This document shows positions 51,304-64,000 of a stretch of 64,000 bases of DNA, piece after piece. How positions within the stretch are numbered: position 1 is the stretch's first letter; each line of letters opens with the position of its first letter. The notes below the pieces were generated by a model that was not told where the DNA came from, searched no databases, and saw only the letters and a list, made by a program, of their open reading frames with translations. A program made the translations under genes and the position numbers. The DNA is from Gemmatimonadota bacterium. Its GTDB lineage: Bacteria; Gemmatimonadota; Gemmatimonadetes; Gemmatimonadales; GWC2-71-9. The DNA lies in contig JBDHJR010000022.1 of the NCBI GenBank assembly GCA_039586815.1, positions 785-64,784 of the forward strand. Direction: 5' to 3'.

Positions 51304-52130
51304 GCGCCGGGACCCTCTACGTCGTCGCCACCCCGCTAGGCAATCTGGGAGATCTCTCCGAGCGCGCCGCCTCGGTGTTGCGCAGCGCAAGTGTGGTCGC
51401 CGCGGAGGACACGCGGCGTGCGCGCGTGCTGCTCCAACGGGCGGAGGCCAAGCCCCGAGTGGTGAGTTACCACGCCCATTCGCCGGCGAGTCGTACCGAG
51501 ATGCTGCTGGGCAGCCTGGCCGACGGTGCCACAGTGGCGCTGCTTGCCGATGCGGGAACTCCCACTGTTAGCGATCCGGGAGCGGCCCTGGTCCAGCGAG
51601 CGCACGAGGCCGGGGTGCCCGTCGTGGCGGTCCCCGGACCGTCCGCGGTGGCCGCGGCGCTGAGCATATCCGGGCTGCCCGCCGACCGGTACACCTTTCT
51701 CGGCTTCGTGCCTCGCAAGGGAAAGGAACGTCGCGCGCTGCTGCAGCACGTTGCGGGGTCCGCGTGGACCTGCGTGCTGTTCGAGGCGCCCGGACGGCTG
51801 GTGGGCTTGCTGCACGACCTGGCCCGGGCGTGTGGCCCGGACCGGCGCGCGGCCGTGGCGCGCGAGCTCACCAAGGTGCACGAGGAGCTCAAGTCCGGGA
51901 CCCTGGGTGACCTCGAGGTTTACTACGAGGAGTCGGCGCCCCGGGGTGAGGTGACGTTGTTGGTGGCAGGCACTCCGGCGGTGACGTCCGCGCCGGATGA
52001 GAGCACAGTGCGCGCCCGTGCCAAGGAGTTGCTCGCCGAGGGTGTGACTCGCCGCGATACGGCGGCCCGCTTGGCGGCGGAGCTCGCAGTGTCCCGCAGA
52101 GAGGCTTATCGCATCGTGACGGAGTTGTGA
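51300..52130 (+). CDS. rsmI: 16S rRNA (cytidine1402-2'-O)-methyltransferase
   Basis: GTG at 51300 (GTGA overlap). GTLYVVATPLGNLGDLSERA...VAAEDTR...LLADAGTPTVSDPG. Confidence 0.9.
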   Translation: MSAGTLYVVATPLGNLGDLSERAASVLRSASVVAAEDTRRARVLLQRAEAKPRVVSYHAHSPASRTEMLLGSLADGATVALLADAGTPTVSDPGAALVQRAHEAGVPVVAVPGPSAVAAALSISGLPADRYTFLGFVPRKGKERRALLQHVAGSAWTCVLFEAPGRLVGLLHDLARACGPDRRAAVARELTKVHEELKSGTLGDLEVYYEESAPRGEVTLLVAGTPAVTSAPDESTVRARAKELLAEGVTRRDTAARLAAELAVSRREAYRIVTEL

Positions 52131-52792
52131 GTCGCCTGCTTCCCACCGTTGCTGCGCTCGGGTTGGCGTGGCTCGGCGCTCCGCAGGCGCCCACGACCCT
52201 CAGCATCGCGCGGCTGCACTACGACGGTGGCGGTGACTGGTACGCCAACCCCTCCAGCATCCCCAACCTGATCACGGCGATCAATGAGCGCACGGCGCTG
52301 GCCGTGGCCGAGCGCGAGCGAGTGGTGCGGCTCACCGACCCCGAGCTGTGGGAGGTGCCGTACCTCTACATGACGGGGCACGGCAACGTGCGATTCTCAC
52401 CCGACGAGGTTCGCCTGCTGCGGCGCTACCTCGAGAACGGCGGCTTCCTCCATGCCGACGACAACTACGGGATGGATGAGTCGTTCCGGCGCGAGATCGC
52501 GCGGGTGTTTCCCGACCGGCCGCTGGTTGAGGTGCCGCTCGACCATCCGGTGTACCACGTGGTATACGATCTGTTGCAGGGACTCCCCAAGATCCACGAG
52601 CACGACGGGCAGCCGGCGCAAGGGTTCGGGATCTTCGTCTCGGGGCGCCTCGCCGTGTTCTACTCCTACCAGTCGGACGTGGGTGATGGCTGGGAGGATC
52701 CCGACGTGCACGGCGATCCCGACGAACTGCGGGAGGCGGCGCTCAGAATGGGAGTGAACCTCTTCGCCTACGCGGTGACCGCTACGCCGTGA
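52127..52792 (+). CDS. DUF4159-like protein
   Basis: GTGA overlap with rsmI. ARLHYDGGGDWYANPSS...YLYMTGHG...GGFLHADD. Confidence 0.65.
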   Translation: MSRLLPTVAALGLAWLGAPQAPTTLSIARLHYDGGGDWYANPSSIPNLITAINERTALAVAERERVVRLTDPELWEVPYLYMTGHGNVRFSPDEVRLLRRYLENGGFLHADDNYGMDESFRREIARVFPDRPLVEVPLDHPVYHVVYDLLQGLPKIHEHDGQPAQGFGIFVSGRLAVFYSYQSDVGDGWEDPDVHGDPDELREAALRMGVNLFAYAVTATP

Positions 52793-55700
52793 CCGAGACC
52801 AGGAGATGGCTCGAGGTCCAGCGGCGCGCGCTGCTACGGGTGAGCGCTGCCGCAAGCGTGCTGCTCACCGTGGGCGCGGTGCTCGGCGCACTGGCCATCG
52901 GTGTTGTGCTTGGCCGGCTCGGTTTGTACCGCGGCGTGCCGCCGGCCGCGCTCGCGGCGTGGCTCGCCGCTGTGGGATTGGTCGTTTGGGGCGTCGCCCG
53001 CTGGCGGCGCCGTCGCCGCGAGCTCGCCCTCATGGCGCTGGCGGAGACGCTGGAGCACGCCGGTAGCAGGCGACGCGGCTCCGTCGCCGGGCTGGCTGCA
53101 TGGGAAGAAGCGTCCGGCAGCGCGGCGCTGGCCTCGTTGGCGGACAGTCGGGTCGCGGCCTGGCTTCGAGTGGACGGCGAGGCGGCTCTCGGCGGAGTTC
53201 GGCAGCGAGCGGGCAGGTCGTTGCGCTCCGGGGCAACTATCTGCGCCGCGGCGCTGCTGCTGTTCGTCGGTGCCGGGCCCGGTGCGAGGGATGTCGCGCC
53301 GCTGTGGAGCCCGCTCGCCGTGCTGGCCCCCGCCAGAGGGCCGGTGTGGCTCGCGGTGGATCGCTCCACGGTGCGCCGCGGCGAGCACGTAACGGTGTCG
53401 GTCTCGGCCGCAGGGCGCCGCAGTGCCGAGTTGCTGGTACGCGCCCCCGGCGAGGCGTGGCAGCGCCGCCCCATCGCGCTCGACAGTGCGGGGGAGGCGG
53501 AAGTGGTGCTGGGGCCGCTGGAGAGCGACCGCTACCTCCAGGCGGCGAGCGGTGCCGTTTTCTCCGAGGTGGTGCAAGTGCGCGTGGCGCTCCCCGCTCT
53601 GCTCGCCGAGCTGCAGTTGCTGGCACGCTACCCCGCCTACCTGGAGCGCGCCGACGAACCGTTGGTTGCCGGAGGCGAGCCCATACTCCTCCCGGTGGGC
53701 ACGGCCGTCCTCACCCGAGGGCGCGCCACTATCCCGCTCGGGCGTGCGCAGTGGGAGGGTCCGGGCGCGAGCGTCCGACTCACCGTCGAGGACGAGGCGT
53801 TTCAGGGCGCGCTGAGCGTGAGCGCCACGGGCGAGTGGCGGCTTCGCGCGGTGCCGCTCTCCGGTGGCGCGATGGATGAGGCGGCGCCACTGCTCTCGAT
53901 CGTGGCCCTCCCCGATAGCGCCCCGCTGGTCGCCGTGCCGATCCCGGGACGCGACACGACCATCTCGGCGTCGCTGCGCCAGGCGTTGTTGATCGACGCG
54001 CACGACGACTACGGGCTCACCCTCGTGGAGCTGGTGAGCTGGCGCGTGAGCCGGCTGGGGGTGCGCGGCGATCCGCTGACCGAAGTGGTGCCGCTTCCCG
54101 GCGGCGGAGCCGAGCGCGCCGTGTTGCACTGGGCCCTCGATCTCAACGGCCGCGGCATGCTTCCCGGTGACACCGCGTTCTTCCTGGTGCGTGCACATGA
54201 CAACCGCCCCGCTCCGCAGGCGGGCGAGAGCGAGGTATATGCTCTGCGCCTGCCCGCCATGGCGGAGCTGCGCGCGGCCATGCGCGAGGCGTCACGCGGC
54301 ATGACGGCCGAGGCGGACTCGCTGGCTGCCGCGCAGCGGGAGTTGGCCCGCAGCCTCGAGGACCTCGCGGCCGAGCGCGAACGGGGCATGACCGGCGATC
54401 CTGCCGAGCAGCCGCTGCCGTACAACTCGGTGGAGCGGGCGCGAGAGCTGCTGGCGGGACAGGAGGAGATGTTGCAGCGCGCCGAGCGGTTGAGCGAGGA
54501 GTTGCGGCAGCTGTCGGACGCCGCGTGGACGGCGGGGCTCACCGATCCCGAGTTCCACCGCCAGCTGCGCGAGCTGCAGGATCTCATGGACCGGGCGTTG
54601 AGTGAGGAGTTGGCCGACCGGCTCGCCGAGCTGCGCACCGCCCTGGACAGGCTCGATGCCGACGCTGCCCGCGACGCGCTGCGTGAGCTGGCACAGCAGG
54701 CGGAGCGGCTACGTGACGAGCTGGAGCGGGGACGCGAGCTGTTCGAGCGCGCCGCGCTCGAGGGTGACATGAGCTCGCTCGCCGAGGACGCGGAGGAGCT
54801 CGCGGCGCAGCAGCGCGAGTGGAATCGCCAAACGGAGGACGGGGTGGACAGCGCCGCAGCTGCGCAGGAGGAGGCTCTCGGCGACGTGGCCGAGACGTTG
54901 GCCGAGCAGCTGGAGCAGCTCCGGGCGCTGCTCGACTCGCTGGGGGCCTCGCCCGGTGAGGTCGGCAGCACACCCGAGGAGGCCGCCCGCGCGGCGGCCG
55001 AGATGCGCCAGGCGGCCGCGCAGGCCCGACGCCGCGACGCCGAGCGCGCGCGCAGCTCGGGGGAGGCGGCCAGCGAGCAGCTCGATCCGCTGGCAGAGCA
55101 GTTGCGCGCGCGGCGGGACGAGCTGCGCGAGGAGTGGCGCCAGGAGGTCATCGCCGAGCTGGACCGCACGATGGTGGAGACCGCGACGCTTGCGAGGCGG
55201 CAGGAGGAGATCGTGCAGCGCATGCAGCGCGGCGAGTCCGGTCCGGACGTGCGAGGAGCGCAGGCGGCCGTGCGCGAAGGCGTGGACCGCTTGATGGACC
55301 AGCTGCAGTCGGCAGCCGGCAAGAACGCGCTGGTGTCGCCGCGTCTCGGCGCGGCGCTGGGCCGGGCGCGGCTCGGGATGAGCGAGTCGCTGGATCAGCT
55401 GCAGCGCCCCACGCCCAACGCGGGTGCCGCGTCTGTACGAGCGGGCGAGGCGCTCGACGCGCTGAACGCGATGATCTACGCCATGCTGCAAAGCCGCGGC
55501 GAGGTAGCGGGAGCGCAGTCGGGCTCGGGCATGCAGGAGGCCATGGAGCGCATGGCGCAACTCGCCGAGCAGCAGGGTGAGCTGGGGGGCGAGACCGGGA
55601 ATCTGCTGTCGGCCGCGCCGGACGGAGCCGACCTGCTGGCGCAGCAACTGCGTGCCCTGGCCGAGCGGCAGCGCGCCCTCGCCACCGAGTTGGAGCGCCT

Positions 55701-56055
55701 GAACGCGGAGGGCGACGTCAGCGGCGCGGACGAGTTTGCACGCGAAGCGGAGGACATTGCAGGTGATCTCGAGCGCGGCCGACTCGACCGAGAAACGGTG
55801 GAGCGGCAGGAGCGGTTGTTCCGTCGCCTGCTGGATGCGGGCCGCACGCTCGAGAGCGACGAGCAGGACGAGCGGCGCGAGCGCACCAGCGAGGCGGCCG
55901 ACCCGGCCAACGTGCGGCTGCCGGACACCGGCGACGTGCCGACCGGCCAGGCGCGCTATCGCTATCCCGCCTGGGAAGAGCTGCGCGCGCTGTCACCCGA
56001 GGAGCGCCGCTTGATCCTCGACTACTTCCGGCGGTTGAATGCCAAGCGGCCTTAG
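52789..56055 (+). CDS. large membrane-anchored coiled-coil protein (DUF4175-like)
   Basis: GTGA overlap. Two N-terminal TM helices. About 500-aa Glu/Arg/Ala/Leu coiled-coil C-terminal half. 1088 aa. Confidence 0.6.
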   Translation: MTETRRWLEVQRRALLRVSAAASVLLTVGAVLGALAIGVVLGRLGLYRGVPPAALAAWLAAVGLVVWGVARWRRRRRELALMALAETLEHAGSRRRGSVAGLAAWEEASGSAALASLADSRVAAWLRVDGEAALGGVRQRAGRSLRSGATICAAALLLFVGAGPGARDVAPLWSPLAVLAPARGPVWLAVDRSTVRRGEHVTVSVSAAGRRSAELLVRAPGEAWQRRPIALDSAGEAEVVLGPLESDRYLQAASGAVFSEVVQVRVALPALLAELQLLARYPAYLERADEPLVAGGEPILLPVGTAVLTRGRATIPLGRAQWEGPGASVRLTVEDEAFQGALSVSATGEWRLRAVPLSGGAMDEAAPLLSIVALPDSAPLVAVPIPGRDTTISASLRQALLIDAHDDYGLTLVELVSWRVSRLGVRGDPLTEVVPLPGGGAERAVLHWALDLNGRGMLPGDTAFFLVRAHDNRPAPQAGESEVYALRLPAMAELRAAMREASRGMTAEADSLAAAQRELARSLEDLAAERERGMTGDPAEQPLPYNSVERARELLAGQEEMLQRAERLSEELRQLSDAAWTAGLTDPEFHRQLRELQDLMDRALSEELADRLAELRTALDRLDADAARDALRELAQQAERLRDELERGRELFERAALEGDMSSLAEDAEELAAQQREWNRQTEDGVDSAAAAQEEALGDVAETLAEQLEQLRALLDSLGASPGEVGSTPEEAARAAAEMRQAAAQARRRDAERARSSGEAASEQLDPLAEQLRARRDELREEWRQEVIAELDRTMVETATLARRQEEIVQRMQRGESGPDVRGAQAAVREGVDRLMDQLQSAAGKNALVSPRLGAALGRARLGMSESLDQLQRPTPNAGAASVRAGEALDALNAMIYAMLQSRGEVAGAQSGSGMQEAMERMAQLAEQQGELGGETGNLLSAAPDGADLLAQQLRALAERQRALATELERLNAEGDVSGADEFAREAEDIAGDLERGRLDRETVERQERLFRRLLDAGRTLESDEQDERRERTSEAADPANVRLPDTGDVPTGQARYRYPAWEELRALSPEERRLILDYFRRLNAKRP

Positions 56056-57781
56056 GGCGCCGACCCTGGCGGCGTTGCTGACGGCGCTCGTGGTTCTGCC
56101 GGCACTGTCCCAGGAGCGGGCCTCCACCGTTCAGGCGGCCCTGCGCAACGAGCGGCAGGGAAGGCTGGGCGAGGCTGCCGATCTCTACTCGCTCGCGCTC
56201 GATCGATCACCCGACGACGTGACGGCCCTGCTGGGGCTGGAGCGTGTGCTGCGCCGGCTGGGACGGGTCGGTGCGGTGCTCCCGTACGCGGCGCGTGCGG
56301 TGGAGGCGCAGCCCGGCAACGAGATGATTCGCGAGTTGGAGTTTCGCGCCACCACGGCGCTGGGGCAGCGCGACAGCGTCGCGGCGGTCGCATCGCGCTG
56401 GATGGCGGCGCTGCCCGCGAGCCCCAGACCGTATCGCGAGTGGGCCTTCTGGCTGGCGCAACGCGGAGACCTGACGGAGGCGCGCCGCGTCCTGGCCGAG
56501 GGGCAGACCCGCCTGGGTGAGCGGTATCTCGCGGCCGACATGGGGCGGCTCCTAGTGTCGGCCGGTGAGTGGTCCGCGGCGGCGCGGCAGTGGCGCCTGG
56601 CCGTGTCCGCCAACTCCGCGCTGGTGACCGCGGCGGGCTTGAGCCTCGAGCGAGCTCCCCTGTTGGAGCAGGGACCCGTGCTGCGCGTGCTGCAGGAGGG
56701 TGACGCGCCGGCGCAGTGGCTCATGGCTGACCTGCTGGTGCGGTGGGGACGCCCCGAGGAGGGCTGGACGGTGCTGGACGCCACGCTCCCCGACGACGCG
56801 GCGGTGGCGGCGGCCATGCTGCGGCGCTTCGCCGACGGCGCGGGTCAGAGGCGATCGGCCGAGGGGCTGCGCGCCAAAGGGTACGCGCTGGAGCGACTGG
56901 CGGAGTACCGTGTCGGGTCCGAGGCCGACAGGGTGCGCCTCGAGGCGGCTCACTCCTTTGCCGACGCGGGTGAGCTGGCCGCGGCGCGGCGCATGCTCGA
57001 CAGGATCGGCATAGATGCCGGCCCCGAGTCGGCCGAAGGCGCGGCGGCGATGGCGGCCCTGGTGCGGGTGCTGGCCGAGTCGGGGCAGCTGGACGAGGCC
57101 GAGGAGCGCTACCGTGACTGGGAGCCGCGACTGCTGGGCGACGACGCGGCGGAGATTCGCCTGGTGATCGCCTGGGCCAGGGTGACGCGTGGGGAGCTGG
57201 ACCAGGCCGAGCGGCTCCTCGCGGGGGATTCCACGGTTGCCGCGCTGGCGGTGAGCGGCTGGGTGGCGCTCTACCGCGGTGAGCTGGCGGACGCGCGGGC
57301 GCGGTTTCGCGCTGCCGGACCCTATGCCCGGACGCGGGAGGAGATCACGCGCCGCTCCGCCGCACTGGTCCTGCTCGAGCGGGTGAGCGCCGACCGCCTG
57401 CCTACGCTGGGAAGAGCGCTGCTCGACGCGTCGCGGGGCGACACCAGCGCCGCAGTGCGCGGCCTCGAGGGTGCGGCGCAGTCCCTGTCACCGGGCGGTG
57501 GACGGGCGGACGTGCTGGGGTACGCCGGGGTGCTGGCGGCCAGCGCGGCACAGTACGAGGAGGCGGAGTCTCTACTGCTCGCGGCGCTCGCGGCCGATCC
57601 CGACGGGCCGGCGGCGCCTGCCGCGGAGTTCGCTCTTGCCGAGGTGTACTGGGACACGGGACGTCCCGAGGAAGCCGCGCAGCAGTTGGAGCATCTCATA
57701 CTCGGCTATCCCGAGAGCGCTGTGGTGCCGCAGGCGCGGCGGCTGCTGGAACAGGTGCGCGGACAGGTGCCGCGGTCGTGA
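56039..57781 (+). CDS. TPR-repeat protein with signal peptide
   Basis: LAALLTALVVLPALSQE, then repeated A..Y..AL...P.D..AL.GL helices. Confidence 0.7.
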   Translation: MPSGLRAPTLAALLTALVVLPALSQERASTVQAALRNERQGRLGEAADLYSLALDRSPDDVTALLGLERVLRRLGRVGAVLPYAARAVEAQPGNEMIRELEFRATTALGQRDSVAAVASRWMAALPASPRPYREWAFWLAQRGDLTEARRVLAEGQTRLGERYLAADMGRLLVSAGEWSAAARQWRLAVSANSALVTAAGLSLERAPLLEQGPVLRVLQEGDAPAQWLMADLLVRWGRPEEGWTVLDATLPDDAAVAAAMLRRFADGAGQRRSAEGLRAKGYALERLAEYRVGSEADRVRLEAAHSFADAGELAAARRMLDRIGIDAGPESAEGAAAMAALVRVLAESGQLDEAEERYRDWEPRLLGDDAAEIRLVIAWARVTRGELDQAERLLAGDSTVAALAVSGWVALYRGELADARARFRAAGPYARTREEITRRSAALVLLERVSADRLPTLGRALLDASRGDTSAAVRGLEGAAQSLSPGGGRADVLGYAGVLAASAAQYEEAESLLLAALAADPDGPAAPAAEFALAEVYWDTGRPEEAAQQLEHLILGYPESAVVPQARRLLEQVRGQVPRS

Positions 57782-59060
57782 GACGGCGCGACTTCGTCAC
57801 GGCGCTTAGTGGCTTGTTGCTGCCGCGCGCGCTCGGCGCGGTGCCGTACCGCGGCGCCGCGGCCGGGCGGCTGCTGATTCCCATGGACGACCGCCAGACC
57901 AACCATCTCAAAGCGTATGGGGTCACCTATCGGTCACTGGAGCGCGGCAGCAGCGCCGAGTGGCTGCTCAACTACCGCGGTGGGAGCTTCCTGCTGGACG
58001 ACGAGTCGGGCACGCGGCGCGAGGCGGCGCTCGACGGAGTGTTGATCGAACCCGTGAGTGATGCGCAGGTAGTGGACGTGCGCGGCGCGATATCGGCCGG
58101 CAACATGGATGCAGTGCCGCTCGAGAAAGCGCCCAAGGTGGCGGTGTACGCTCCCCCCGACGCGGCGCCTTGGGACGACGCCGTGACGATGGTGCTGGAG
58201 TACGCCGGCATATCGTACGACCGGGTGTGGGATACCGAGGTGGCCGCGGGCAGGCTGGCGGACTACGAGTGGCTGCACCTGCACCATGAGGACTTCACCG
58301 GACAGTACTCCAAGTTCTTCCTAACCTACAGCGGCACGCAGTGGCTGAGCCGGATGGTGCAGCGCAACGCGCAGCTGGCCCGCACCCTCGGGTACGCCAC
58401 GGTGGCCGAGCTCAAGAAGGCGGTCGCGGAGACGATTCGGCGCTACGTGAACGGCGGCGGTTTCCTGTTTGCGATGTGCACCGCCACCGAGACGCTGGAG
58501 ATCGCGTTGGCGGCCCGCGGCGTGGACGTGGCTGCGCAGTACAGCGACGGCACTCCCATGGATCCCGCGGCGTCGGAGCGGCTCGAGTGGCAGCGGAGCT
58601 TCGCGTTCCAGGGAGCGCGGTTGGAGCTGTCGCCGGCGGTGGCCTCCTTCTCGGACATCGATGGTCATCAGGTCAACAACCCGGCGCGGCGCCAACCGCT
58701 CGGTGCGTTCACGCTGTTCAACTTCAGCGCCAAGATCGATCCCGTACCGACCATGCTGGTGCAGTGCCACCGCGACGTGGTCCCCGACTTCTACGGGCTC
58801 ACCACCTCGTTCTCCCGCGAGCGCCTCAAGCCCGGAGTCACCGTACTGGCGGACGAGCAGGGCGCCCCCTGGGTGAAGTACATTCATGGGGAGTACGGCA
58901 GTGGGACCTGGACTTTCCTCGGCGGGCACGACCCCGAGGATCCGCAGCACCAGATCGGTGATCCGCCGACCGATCTGTCGCTCCATCCCAACTCGCCGGG
59001 GTATCGTCTGATCCTCAACAACGTTCTCTTCCCGGCGGCGAAGAAGCGCGAGCTCAAGAC

Positions 59061-59064
<4 letters not shown>
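57778..59064 (+). CDS. Tat-signal protein, possibly class-I glutamine-amidotransferase-like fold
   Basis: GTGA overlap. RRRDFVTAL twin-arginine motif. KVAVYAPP..WDDAV...WLHLHHEDFTGQ...GGFLFAMC. The fold assignment is a guess. Confidence 0.5.
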
Positions 59065-61570
<2,506 letters not shown>

Positions 61571-61574
<4 letters not shown>

Positions 61575-62755
61575 CGCGCTGGAGCCAGCGGCTGGAGCGG
61601 CTGCCCAGCTACGCGATCCACGAGCTCGCGGTCATCAAGCGCAGGCTGCTCGCCGAAGGTGCGGACGTGATCGATCTCGGCGCCGGCGACGCCGACTTCC
61701 CGCCGCCGGCCGAGGCGGTCGAGGCGTTGCGCACGGCGCTGGGCGATCCCGCAATGAGCCGCTACCCGTTTCAGATTGGCCTTGCGGAGTTCCGCCAGGC
61801 GGCGGCGCGTTACATCGAGCGGCGCTTCGGCGTGGCGTTCGACCCGGCCAAGGAGCTCATCCCCCTGCTCGGCTCCAAGGAGGGACTGGCACACCTGGGA
61901 CTCGCCGTGCTCGATCCCGGTGACGTGTGCGTCGTGCCCGACCCCGGATATCCCGCATACATCGGGGGAGCGCTGCTGGCCGACGCCGAGCCCGAGCTGG
62001 TACCGCTGGTACGCGACAAGGGGTTTCTGCTGGAGCTGGATGAGCTACCGACCGAGCGGCTGGACCGGACGGGTCTCGTCTACCTCAACTACCCCAACAA
62101 TCCCACGGCTGCCGTGGCGCCGCTCGACTATCTCGCCCGCACCGTGGATGTGTGCCGCAGGCACGACATAGTGCTCGCCTACGACAACCCCTACTGCGAG
62201 ATCACGTACGACGGATACCGCGCGCCGAGCATCTTCGAGGTGGAGGGCGCGCGCGACGTGGCCGTCGAGTTCCACTCGCTGTCCAAGACGTTTTCGATGA
62301 CCGGTTGGCGCATCGCGTGGGCTGTCGGCAACGCCGAGCTGATCGGGGCGCTCAACAAGGCGAAGACGTACGTGGACTCGGGGGTGTTCCTCGCGGTGCA
62401 ACAGGCGGGCGCCGCTGTGCTCGACAAGGTGGATTCGCTGGCCCCGCCGCTGGTGGCGCGGTTCGCCGAGCGGCGCGACGCTGCGGTGCGCACGCTCGGC
62501 GAGATCGGGCTGGCGGTCGAGCCGCCGCAAGCCACGATGTACCTGTGGGTGCCGCTGCCGCGGGGCGTGCCGACCGGGCAGTTCGCCCGGGACGCGCTGG
62601 AGCGCGAGGGGGTCATGCTGATGCCGGGCACAGCTTTCGGATCGGGCGGCGAGGGCTACTTCCGCATCGCGCTCACGGTGGAGAGCGACCGCTTGACCGA
62701 GGCGATCCATCGTGTGGCTCGCACGCTCGAGCGAATGGAAGCGGTGCGTGACTGA
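61571..62755 (+). CDS. dapL: LL-diaminopimelate aminotransferase-like class I/II PLP aminotransferase
   Basis: GTG at 61571 (GTGA overlap). LLGSKEGLAHL, NYPNNPT, SLSKTFSMTGWRIAW. Confidence 0.75.
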
Positions 62756-63683
62756 GCGGCGCTACCCCTCGCGGCAGTGGGGCGGTTTCTACCTGCTGCC
62801 CCAGCCCAAGCGGGCCAACCCGCTGTGGGGGCTGGCGAGCGTCGTGGTGCACGCCGTGGTCGTCGTGCTGCTGGTGAGCGTGGCAGGCCCGACGTTCCTC
62901 ACCGAGGAGCAGCCCGCGGAGGTCACCACGCTCATCACGCTGCTGCCGCCCGGCTGGGTGGACGACCGCCAATTCGCCATGCCCGCGCTGGGAGGTGGCG
63001 AGGGCGAGGAAGGCGGCGAGCCGGAGGAGGAGGGGCCGCCCGATCGCGCAGCGCCCGGTCCCGCCGTCGATTCGGTGATCCCGCCGCCCGAGACCGACGT
63101 GGCGATGATCATCGGAACCGAAACGGGAGAGGGCGACAGCATAGCCGCTCCGGGCGCGATTGGCCCCCGGCGCCTGATCCGGCCGGCCTTCGGCGACGGG
63201 CGCCTCTGGGTGCGCACGAGGGACGCCGCCCTGGGCGTGGTGGGCCCGTCAGAGACGGTCGAGATGCACGTGGCGCGGGTGGACAGCGCGATTAGGCAAC
63301 GGATCCGGGCGTACATCGACACGATGCCACCGGACAGCTTCGCCACCGCCCCGCCTCCCAACTGGACGGTGGACGTGGGCGAGGACACGTGGGGCATGGA
63401 CGGTTCGTGGATCTACCTGGGCGACTTCAAGATCCCCAACATCCTGCTCGCGCTGATACCGGTGCCGCAGGGCAACATCCCCATGGCGGAGGATGCCGCC
63501 GAGCTGGCGCGCATTCGGGCCGACATCATACAGGCGGCGGAGCGGGCGGAGAATGCGGACCAGTTCAAGGAGTACGTGAACGCGGTGCGTCGCAGGAAAC
63601 AGGCCGAGCGCGACTCGTTGCGTGCTCTGAGAGAGCGTCGCGAGGGACGCGATTCGATCGTTCCGCGCCCGATTCCGCCGTAG
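62748..63683 (+). CDS. hypothetical single-pass membrane protein with acidic Pro/Glu-rich linker
   Basis: GTG at 62748. TM segment LASVVVHAVVVVLLVSVAG. GGGEGEEGGEPEEEGPP. Confidence 0.5.
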   Translation: MTERRYPSRQWGGFYLLPQPKRANPLWGLASVVVHAVVVVLLVSVAGPTFLTEEQPAEVTTLITLLPPGWVDDRQFAMPALGGGEGEEGGEPEEEGPPDRAAPGPAVDSVIPPPETDVAMIIGTETGEGDSIAAPGAIGPRRLIRPAFGDGRLWVRTRDAALGVVGPSETVEMHVARVDSAIRQRIRAYIDTMPPDSFATAPPPNWTVDVGEDTWGMDGSWIYLGDFKIPNILLALIPVPQGNIPMAEDAAELARIRADIIQAAERAENADQFKEYVNAVRRRKQAERDSLRALRERREGRDSIVPRPIPP

Positions 63684-63710
63684 GGTATCGCGGGCCACGT
63701 GTGCGCGACG

Positions 63711-63745
63711 CCCCGGACGGCAATTCGTCCGGGGTGTCGTGTTTG
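63711..63745 (+). terminator. rho-independent terminator candidate
   Basis: ccccggacg-gcaatt-cgtccgggg followed by tgtcgtgtttg. Confidence 0.55.
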
Positions 63746-63865
63746 AACACCCGGCGTTCAATCTGAAACCGGTAGATCGGGCTTCCCGTAGAACGTGGAA
63801 GCAGCGGATCCTCCCGGCAGCGGCCAGTCGTTCGTAACGCCCAACTTGCGAGAAGGAGATCCGCC

Positions 63866-64000
63866 ATGCGCCTCGTGCGCCTAATGCTCGCTGGCATCGT
63901 GATGACGGTCATGTGCGTCGCCACGCCTGTCGGCGCACAGCAGTACTCCGAGCGGCAGATCCTGTTACAGCCGGTCCACTATGACCTCGACCTGCGACCC
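63866..64000 (+). CDS. 5' end of a secreted protein (truncated by window edge)
   Basis: GAAGGAG 6 nt upstream of the ATG. MRLVRLMLAGIVMTVMCVATPVGAQQ signal peptide. Open to the end of the window. Confidence 0.6.
   Translation, partial: MRLVRLMLAGIVMTVMCVATPVGAQQYSERQILLQPVHYDLDLRP

Overview
High-GC bacterial chromosomal window. The gene content and order look Gemmatimonadota-like, but that is an inference and no search was possible. I support about 56 protein-coding genes, one tRNA-Gln(UUG), five hairpin terminators and three copies of a G-tract/C-tract palindromic repeat. I see no rRNA, CRISPR array, transposase or integrase.

Most of the window is core metabolism and translation. These genes sit in two very long co-directional arrays whose neighbours are joined by 4-nt stop/start overlaps (ATGA, GTGA or TTGA):
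- Minus strand: prs-ctc-pth-hppA-ychF, then a gap-free run rpsF-rpsR-DUF2232-rplI-fakA/degV-rsfS-SPOR-SPOR-smc-S8 protease-MBL-aroF-lolA.
- Plus strand: rsmI-DUF4159-DUF4175-TPR-GATase-like-JAMM/DinG-dapL.

The best candidate for an undescribed system is a 10.7-kb minus-strand operon at 26636-37352. It has three tandem paralogous cytoplasmic GAF/PAS sensor histidine kinases, two of them hybrid with two receiver domains each. These are followed by a stand-alone receiver. The last protein combines an H-box dimerisation domain with no ATPase domain, a receiver, and a complete Hanks Ser/Thr kinase. This looks like a multi-input phosphorelay whose only recognisable output is Ser/Thr phosphorylation.

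Other items worth a second look:
- A frameshifted adhesin-like lipoprotein with a C9 tract in its putative promoter spacer.
- G-quadruplex-motif/hairpin repeats at three gene junctions, one embedded in coding sequence.
- A JAMM/MPN-DinG helicase fusion.
- A single-chain FakA-DegV fusion.
- A degenerate P-loop/SPOR protein coupled to smc.
- pth and rsfS without canonical start codons.
- A minor-pilin operon.

All family names come from motif recognition by eye and need HMM or BLAST confirmation. Many long ORFs in the supplied track are antisense or out-of-frame artefacts of the high GC content. The real gene at the left edge (DUF3604) is missing from the track.
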